Below are positions 36,270 to 45,200 of a stretch of DNA of 64,000 nucleotides, piece by piece (position 1 is the stretch's first letter; each line of letters begins with the position of its first letter). Under the pieces are notes generated by a model. That model was not told the origin of the DNA. It saw only the letters and a list, made by a program, of their open reading frames with translations, and searched no databases. This DNA is from Myxococcota bacterium. GTDB lineage: Bacteria; Myxococcota_A; UBA9160; JAFDDA01. Both the position numbers and the translations under genes were made by a program. The stretch is taken from assembly GCA_965228475.1 (NCBI GenBank), contig OZ245817.1:1568001-1632000 (forward strand), given 5' to 3'.

Positions 36270-39200
36270 GCTGTGCACGCTCCTCGGGGTCGCGCTCGCG
36301 CTCTTCGCGAACGCAGCGAGCGCCCAGGTCGTGCGGCCGCTGGCGGTGCTCGAGATGCGCGTTCAGGGCGTCGGCGCGATCGTCTCGCCCGAGACGCTCG
36401 CGGTGCCCAAGGGCATCGCCGGCTCGATCCGCGTGGACGTGATCGCCGGGGATTCGAGCGGGGCTGCGGCCACCTCGACGCTGCCCGACACCGCCATCGT
36501 GGAGGCGACGCTCCGCGGCCCCTCGTTCCCGGCCCGCCGGATCCTCGGCCTCCCCGGTGAGCCGATCCTGCTCCCCGCGCTGCCGCTGGTCGGGGACTAC
36601 CGCCTCGACGGGATCCGCATCCTCGACGAGGCGACCGGCGAGGTGCTCGTCGAGGGCAACCCGGCGAGCATTCCGATCCAGGTCTTCGAGGAGGTGCTCG
36701 TCTCGCGGGTCACCTCCCGGCCGCTGACCCTCGACGAGATCCGCGGCAAGGGCATCGTGATCGACGACTCGAACTTCCGGGCGGTCGAGTTCGAAGTCGG
36801 GTTCGTCGTGGACGGTCAGACCTTCCCGGTGAAGTTCCCGGTCGTGGCGCCGCGATTCGCGCAGTCGACGGAGATCATCCCGACGGCCGAGGTCGAAGCC
36901 GCCCTGGTCGAGGCCGAGCGGATCAACCGCGAGCTGGGGATCGACGCGTCCCTCCCGCCGGAACTCGAAGCCAGCGGCCTCAACATCGAAGTGCAGGGCA
37001 TCAACGTCCAGCTCGTGGACCCGGGAGGCGAGGTCGATCTCGAGCTCCAGGTGCCGCCGATCCCCGCGCTCGTCGTGATTCCCGGGAACATCGGGTACCT
37101 GAACCAGTTCTTCAGCGTGCAGCTCTACACGGAGAACGCGTCGCCCCTGGGTTCGGGCCTCTCGGTCCACGGGCTCGAGGCGCAGCTCGATCTGCCGCCG
37201 GGTCCGGACCGGATCGCCGCGGCCCCGGAGCTCTCCTGCCGCGACGCGGGCGACGACCCCCTGCGCTTCGCGCGCGTCGGCGAAGCCGCGGCGATCGAGC
37301 CCGTGCAGCCCGTCGTGACGCCGGGCTTCGACGGCGTGCTCGGCACGCCGGACGACGGTACGCGCCTGCAGCCCGGCGACACGGGCCAGGCCGAGTTCCT
37401 GGTCGAGGGCTGTCGAGAAGGCCTGCACGTGATGGACATCTCCCTGCGCGGCCGCCTCGACGGCCTCGTCGCCGGGACCGTCGACATCGAGGGCCGGGCC
37501 TCGGGCTCCGTCCTCGTGCGGAACCCGAACTTCTCGCTCGCCTTCACCCATCCGCGAACGATCCGGACGGGGGAGCCCTACACCGCGAGCGTGACGCTGC
37601 TGAATACCTCGTTCACCGCGGCCAACCTCGTGAGCGTGACCCTGCCCGAGGCGAGCATCAGCGGCGCCGAGTTCGCCGACCCCGAGTTCGACGGCACCAT
37701 CGAGCTCGGCACGATCCTTCCCGGCGAGACGGCCACGGCGGAGTTCGAGCTGCTCGCCCAGCGGACCGGGAGCATCACGTTCTCCCAGCTCACGAGCGAC
37801 AGCGACGTCACCGGGCGCTTCCGGCTGAAGATGGGCGTCGACGAGCGGGGCGTCGCGCTCTCGCCGGACGCCGTGGGCTTCCCGGAGTTCGCCGGGGAGG
37901 TCGAGGAGCGCCTGCCGGACCTCTTCGCGGCCGCCAACCGCGTGCTCGGCCAGGCCCTTTCCGTCGCCAGCGCACCCCAGCGGCCGGCGGGTGTCCTCGC
38001 GCTCGGGAAGAGCGTCGTCCGGCAGCGGGTGCTCGAGGTCGCCGAGGCGGGCCAGCGCCTGCGCTACGGAGACTCGGTGGAGCGGGTGCTGCTCGACTGG
38101 GCACTCGACTGGCAGGGAGCGCGAAGGGCGAGCCCCGGCTTCGACCAGATCCTGCGCGAGACGGACGCGGGGCGGCTGTATCGCGAAGCGCTCGCCGCGG
38201 CTCTCGAAGCGGCCACGGGGCAGGGTGCCGCCGCGGCGCTGCTCGACCGTGCGGCGGATCTCGCGGGACGCGGGGAGACCTGGACCTTCGTCGGCGCGCC
38301 CGCGGGCATCGATCCCGTCCGGCTCGAGGGCGAGGAGCGAGCCACGCTCGGCGAGAGCGCACTCGAGCGCGTCGTCGGCTATCGCGGCGCGCTCGGGGGT
38401 TGGGTCGCAGGCCCGGCTTCTGCCGCCGCGCTGCATCGCTTCGAGGTGACCTCCGACGTCGGCTCGCAAACGATCTGGCGCTTGGACCTGCTGGGCGATG
38501 GCAGCGGCGTCCTCCGCGAATGGTCGGCACCGGGCGCTTTGGCGGGAGACTGCTTCGTCCACGAAGGGGGCGATGCGCTGAGCGTCGATGCGGGCTGCGA
38601 TGGCAGCCTCGAGGAGACCCTCACGGCTTCCGCGACGCCCGTCGTGGAAGCCGGCCCCGAGGTCCTCGCCGCGATCCAGGACATCACGGTGAACACGGGC
38701 CGGCCGCGCAGGACCTGCGATGGGCCCACCGAGTACAGGAACTATGGAACCGTGGTCGCCGTGCTCTTCTCGAAGGCCATGGCCCAGGCGGGGATCGACG
38801 CGCCGGGCGCATTCCGGCTCGACAACGGCGTCGAAGCGACTTCGGTCCAGATCCAGCCCGGCGGCCGGGTGGCGCTCCTGCAGCTCGCCTCCGCGGTCGG
38901 GACCCTCCGCGAGCGGCAGCTCGGCGTCGACGGCATCGTCGATCCGCGCGGCAACCCGCTCGAGGCCGCGAGCGTTCCGGTGCAGGCCACCGCAGATCTC
39001 GGCGTCTCGATCGTCGGCCGGGTGGCGTTGGCGAACGGCGAGCCGGCGCCCGGCGTTCCCGTGACGCTGACGATGTACGACTCGCAATCGACGTCCTTCG
39101 AGTGCATCCCCTTCGTGAGCCGCGTCTCGCAGGTCGAGAGCGACGAGGAAGGCCGCTTCTCCTTCGACTTCGTGCTTGCGGGCCTTCCCTACTCGCTCTC

Positions 39201-42200
39201 GGCGACCAACACGGTGGGTCTCTCGGGCGCGGCCGTGGAGCTGATCCTCGAGTCCGCCCAGGGCGATGCCTTCACGCGGGAGAAGCTCCAGGAGCTGGCG
39301 AGCCTGCCGGAGAATCGGGACACCCTGCTCGAGGCGTTCGCGATCGGAGCGATTCCCGAGGCGATCGCCCTGGCGGAGGGGCTCGATCGCGCCCTGCTGC
39401 GCGACCGGATCGCCGCCGGATCCCCGCGCGTCGGGACGGAGGTTCCGGTCGCGCTGCGGTTCCGCGGGCGTGGCTCGGTCGCCGGCGTCGTGCTCGATGC
39501 CGCGGGCTTCCCGGTCGCCGACGTGGCGGTGAACCTCTTCCCCGACGTCGGGTCCCGCGAGCTCGGCCGAGGCGTCTTCAGCGACGACCAGGGACAGTTC
39601 GCCTTCTTCGGTGTGCCGCTCGGCGCCTACAGCATCGAGGCGGTCGCGCCCGACGGCACCTCGCGCCGGGTGTCCGGGCGAGTGGATCGGGCCGACGAAG
39701 CCGACGAGATCGAGATCGTCCTCTCGGCCGAGGTGATCGCGACGACGGGCCTGTCCGGGCGCGTCCTCGATCCCGACGCGATGACGGGGCACGGTGGGGC
39801 GCGGGTCTTCGTGGGGCGGTTCGAGGGCGGAGCGTTCGGCAATGTCGTGGCGGCCGCGACGGCGGACAGCGAGGGCTTCTGGTCCGTCGACGGCGTGCCG
39901 GTCGGTGGATGGGACGTCGTCGCCGTCTCCTTCGACGGAAGGACCAAGGCCACCCGGATGGGCGTCGCAGCGAGCGAGGGCGTCACGAGCCGCGTGAGCC
40001 TGGTCCTCCAGGGACGAGCCACGGTCGTCGGCCGCGTCGAGTTCGCGAACGGGCAGTCCGTTCCGGGTGCGATGGTGGCCGGCGGGGAAGGGATCGTCAC
40101 GACCGACGAGAACGGTGCCTTCCGCCTCGAAGGTGTGCCCACGGGCCAGTCGAGCATCAGCGCCGGGCTGGCGAAGGACCCGGCGGCGGGGATCGACTTC
40201 ACACGCCTTGGATCGGCGACGGTCGACGTCGTTCCCGGCCAGGAGAACTTCGCGGTGATCCGGCTCGAGCCGCGCGGGCGGATCCAGGGCCGGGTCTTCG
40301 ATGCGGCCGGGAACCTCCTGACCGGCGTGAACGTCGCGATCCCGTTCCCGGGCGGAGGCGGCTTCTACTGGACCGAGGTCGATGAGGAAGGGCGCTACGC
40401 CTTCGACAACCTGCCCCTCGGCGAGTGGGTCGTCTCGGCGCCCGCGCCGCCGGTGGCGGACAAGGACGTCGGCGACATCCTCTCGGTGATCGCGAGCCCG
40501 GATTCGACCCAGGGCGAGATCCTGGCGGCCATCGGCGATGCCTTCGCGATCTTCACCGGTGCGAACGATCCGCTGCTGAACGGCGAGGGCCTCGAGTTCA
40601 ATCCCCTTTCCTGGGGCTTCCAGAACGTCAGCCTCGCGGCCGACGGCGAGACCGTCGAACGGGACGTCCGGTTCTTCCGCAACGGGACGATCGCCGGGAC
40701 CGTCCTGAACGGGCAGGACGTCCCGATCGGCGCGCGCGTGCGCCTCACGGGGATCGGCCCGAGCCCGGCGGGAGCCCCGACGATGGTCATCCGTGGCGAG
40801 CGCAACAGCGACGCGGCGCTCGGCACCTTCGAGTTCCCGGGGCAGGCGCTGGCCGGCGATTGGGGCATCCAGGTCGCCTCCCCGTTCTTCCCGGACCCGA
40901 TCGCCACCTCCGGGCGCACCAACGACGCATCGCCGGACGCGCTGGGCCTGACGCTCCAGTTCCCGCCGGAGAGCGAGGTCAACGGACGGCTCGCCGGAGT
41001 CGTGCTCGGGCCCGACGGGCTGCCCGTCGGCGAGGACGTCCTCGTTCGCATCAGCTTCGGCGACCTCGAGATCCGCACCAACCCCGAGGGGCGCTTCGAT
41101 ACCCAGCTCGACCTACCGGCGGTGGACGATCGCGGGCGCCGGCGGTCGTACCAGGTCGAAGCCGAGGACGGCGCCGGCCTGCGCGGGCGGACCATCGCCG
41201 CGATGTCGCCCGGCATCACCACCGAGGTCGAGGTCCGTCTGCTCGCGCGCGGCGGCGTGGCGCTCACGGTGTTCGATGCCAGCGGCAACCGCGTGGAGGG
41301 CGCGTCCGTCGAGATCCGCGGCGGCGGGTTCCCGTACGAGCACTTCCCCGGGCTTCCGACGAACGCCGCGGGCGAGGTCTCCCTCGGCAACCTCACCGAG
41401 GGGCCGTACGCGGCGGAGGCCCGCATCGCCAGCGGTCCGACCACGATCTGCGGCCGGGTGGGCTTCACCGTGGTCGCGGGCGAGACCGTGACGGCGACCG
41501 TCGTGCTGCGTCCGACGGGCACCGTGGCGGGGCTCTTCGTCGAAGAGGACGGGGAGACGCCCATCCCCTTCGCCCAGATCGACGTCCAGGGGCTCGGCTT
41601 CGCCGCGACCGATGTGGCCGGCGCCTTCGAGATCGAGGGCATCCCGCTCGGGAACTATCGCATCGTCGCGCAGGACCCGGTGAACGGCCGGCTCGCGATC
41701 GGAGAGGCGTCGGTGGGGTTCGAGGGTGAGCGCGTCGAGGTCCTGTTGCGCGTTCGCCGGCTTGCGGAGGTGCACGGGGCGGTGATCTCCGGCTTCGGCG
41801 ACGCCCTGGTGCCGGGCGCCACGGTGACGCTCGGCGTCTTGGACGGCATCACGCCGTCGAGAAGCGTGACCACGGATCCGGGCGGCTTCTTCGTGTTCCC
41901 GGGCGTCCCGTCCGGCCCGTTCAGTCTCTCTGCCACGGATCCGGTCCGCCCGGGCGTCGCAGCGGGAGTCGCCGCGGTGATGCCGGATGACGTCGACGAA
42001 TTCCGCGTCGACCTGGCCTTGAGCGCACTCGTGAACGTCTCCGGAACCGTCTACCGAAGCGACGGATTCACCCCGGCGACCGAGGCCACCGTCACTCTGA
42101 CCGGGAACTCCTTCTCCCAGTCCGCGGATACCGATGCCCTCGGTCGCGTTCGCTTCACGGGGCTTCGGGCCGGGAGGCTCGACGTCCGGGCGCGCTCGAA

Positions 42201-45200
42201 CGCGGTCGGCCGCATGCGCAGCGCGGGCGAGATCGAGCATGCCGCATCGCAGCGGGGCGAGGCGCCCGAGTTCACCGTGACCCTCGCCGGTGTCGGTACG
42301 GTTGGAGGCCGGCTCTTGTCGAGCGACGGCACGACCCCCGTCGAGGGCCGCGAGGTCCGCCTCGAGATGACGGGCGATTTCGTCCGGGACACCGCGACGG
42401 TCCTGAGCAGCGCCGACGGCAGCTTCGCCTTCGACGACGTGCCGGTCGGTGACTTCCGCCTGACGGCGACGGATGCGGCTCTCGCGGCGACGGCGAGCGG
42501 CACGATCGCGGTTCCGGGGGAGCATCGCGACCTCGACCTGGTGCTCTCCGCCAGCGGCAGCGTGGCCGGGCGCCTGCTGCGGGCCGACGGCAGCCCCGCG
42601 CCCGGTCAGGACGTGCTGCTCGCCTTCGTCCCGCCGTCCGGGCTGCTCGGCAGGGCGCTCGTCGAGACCGGCGCCGACGGCAGCTTCCAGTTCAACGAGG
42701 TTCCGGTCGGGCCGGTGTCCGTCGCCGTGGCGGCCCTCGGCTTCAGCGGCATCGTGAACCGCGACGCGGAGCTCGTGACCAACGGTGAGCTGCTCGACCT
42801 TGGCGACCTCACGCTCGACGAAGTCGAACCGGCCGTCGTCGACTCGGACCCGTTCCCCCAGGACGAAGACGTCCCGACCGACGTCCCGATCCGGATCACC
42901 TTCAGCGAGGCCCTCGCCCCGGAATCCGTCGACGAGAGCGGCATCTATCTCCGTTCCGTCGCCGGGGTCGTGCCCGCGGAAACGGTCCTGGTCGAGGACG
43001 ATGCGTCCGGCGAGCTGCGCCTCGTCGAGATCCGGCCCGATGCGGAGCTCGAGAGTGAGACGGCCTACGAAGCCGTGGTCCTCGCCGGGGAGTTGCGGGA
43101 TGCGCTCGGTGGCCTGATCGGCAGCGGGCCGCGGGACCTCGCCGGCCGTCCCCTGCGCGTTTCCGCGATCATTCCGTTCACGACCCGCGACTCCCGTCCG
43201 CCCGAGCGCCTCTCCTTCACCCCGGGCGCGGGCCAGATCCAGGTCGATCCGAGTGCGGTGATCCGGCTCTCCTACGACGAGCCGCTTCGCAGCGACGAGA
43301 TCGTCGTGACCCTGCGCGACGGCGGCGGTCAGGAGCTGCCGGGGCGTGTGGACGTCGGCGTCGGCCAGCAGGTGGTGGTCTTCACCCCGGACGCGTTCCT
43401 CGATCCGAACGCGCTCTACTCGGTGACGGTCGACGGCATCCGGGACCTCGCCGGAAACGCTGCCGTGGACCTGCCGCTCGAGCGGAGCTTCGCGACCCTC
43501 GACACGGTCGGGCCGACGATCTCCGAGCTGAGGGTCGTGGGCGGAGCCGCTCCGGTCGCCGGGGCGATCCTCCCGATCGAAGCGGTCCTGGCCCAGCCCG
43601 AGGCGGCGGCCTCGGTTCGCATGACCGCGGATCTCGTGGTCTTCGGGCAGAGCACGCCGGGCTCCCTCACGCTGCCCTACGAGGTCCCCGCCGACGGCCA
43701 GGTCACGATCCGGGGCATCGCCATCGATCGCTTCGGCAACGAGGGGCCGATCGGGCCCGAGCTCGTGCTCGACGTGGTTCCGAACCAGCCGCCCTCGGTG
43801 ATCTTCATGCCCGTCACGCCGCCCGGGGGCCCCGTCGCGACGGGCGAGACGCTCGAGGTCGAGGTGAGCGCGAGCGACGACGTCGGCGTCGTCGAGATCC
43901 GCGCCGCGGCCCAGGGAGCGTGCACGGCGCCGCTCGCGACGAGCGCCGGTGCGCCCATCCGGGTGACCTGCACGGTCGACCCGGAGGCCGGCCCGGAAGA
44001 TGCGATCGAGATCCTGGCCGAGGCGATCGACGGGGCCGGCGCTTCGAGCGGCGAGCAGGCCTTCGCGGTCGGGCTCGCCGACGGAACCGCGCCGACCGTC
44101 GCCATCGTGTCTCCGGGGGCGGACGAGGAGGTCGCCGCCGGGATGACGCTCTCCGTCGAGGTGGACGCCGCCGACCGCTTCGGCGTGACCGAGATCGTGC
44201 TCGAGGCGAGCGGTGCCCTCACCGAGCAGCAGACGATCACGCCGCCCGCGCCGGAGACCGAGGGCCGCTACGTCTTCGGCCTCGACGTCCCCGCCGAGCT
44301 CGACGCCGGCGAAGAGATCGTGCTCCTCGCGACCGCGCGGGATGCCGCCGGCTTCGAACGCTCGGCCGAGCTCCGCTTCCGCACGGCGGACCTCGTCGGC
44401 CCGACCCTCGTCGAGATCCTCCCGGTGCAGGACGCCCTCGATCGGTCCGCGGTGCCGGTGCTGCGCGCGCGCTTCGACGAGCCGATCGATCCGACCTCGC
44501 TCCCGATCGACGGCTTCGTCCTGGCGGAGGAGGGCGGACCGAATCTGGCGACCCACCTCGGGCTCGGCGACGACGGGCATACGCTCACCCTGCGGCCGCA
44601 GGCGCCGCTGGCCCTGGGCGGTCGCTACGAGTGGAACTTCGCCGGGGGCGTGACGGACCTCTCCGGGAACGTCCTCACGGCGACCGACGGCACGCCCTTC
44701 GTGGCGGTGGCGCAGGCCTTCACGGTCGGGACCGCGGACATCGTGGCGCCCGCGGACGGCACGGTGCTGATCGAGGGCGAGCCGCTCCAGCTCGCCGTCG
44801 ACGCAGCCCGCCTGCCGGGGACGCGACGCCTCACGTTCTTCGGGAACGCCGCCGAGCTCGGAAGCGACGAGTCCGAGCCCTTCGTGCTCGACGGCACCGT
44901 CCCGACCCAGGCCGACCTCGGCGGTGATACCTGGACCCTCGGCGCCGACGTGAACGGCGGCGACCTCGCAGCGGGCCGGCCGGTGAGCCTCGGCGGAGCG
45001 GGCGTTGCCTGGCGCGAGGTCGACCTCGGTGCGGTGGCCGGGCTCGAAGGCGTGGAGGTCGACCTCTCCGCCGACGCGGCCTTCGCGCTCCTCCTGGCCG
45101 AAGCGCCCTTCGACGAGAGCGACTTCGCCGGGAGCGGGCTGCCCGCCGGCTTCCGCAACGGTGCGATCGAGATCCATCGCAGCGTGGCGCCCGAGAACGG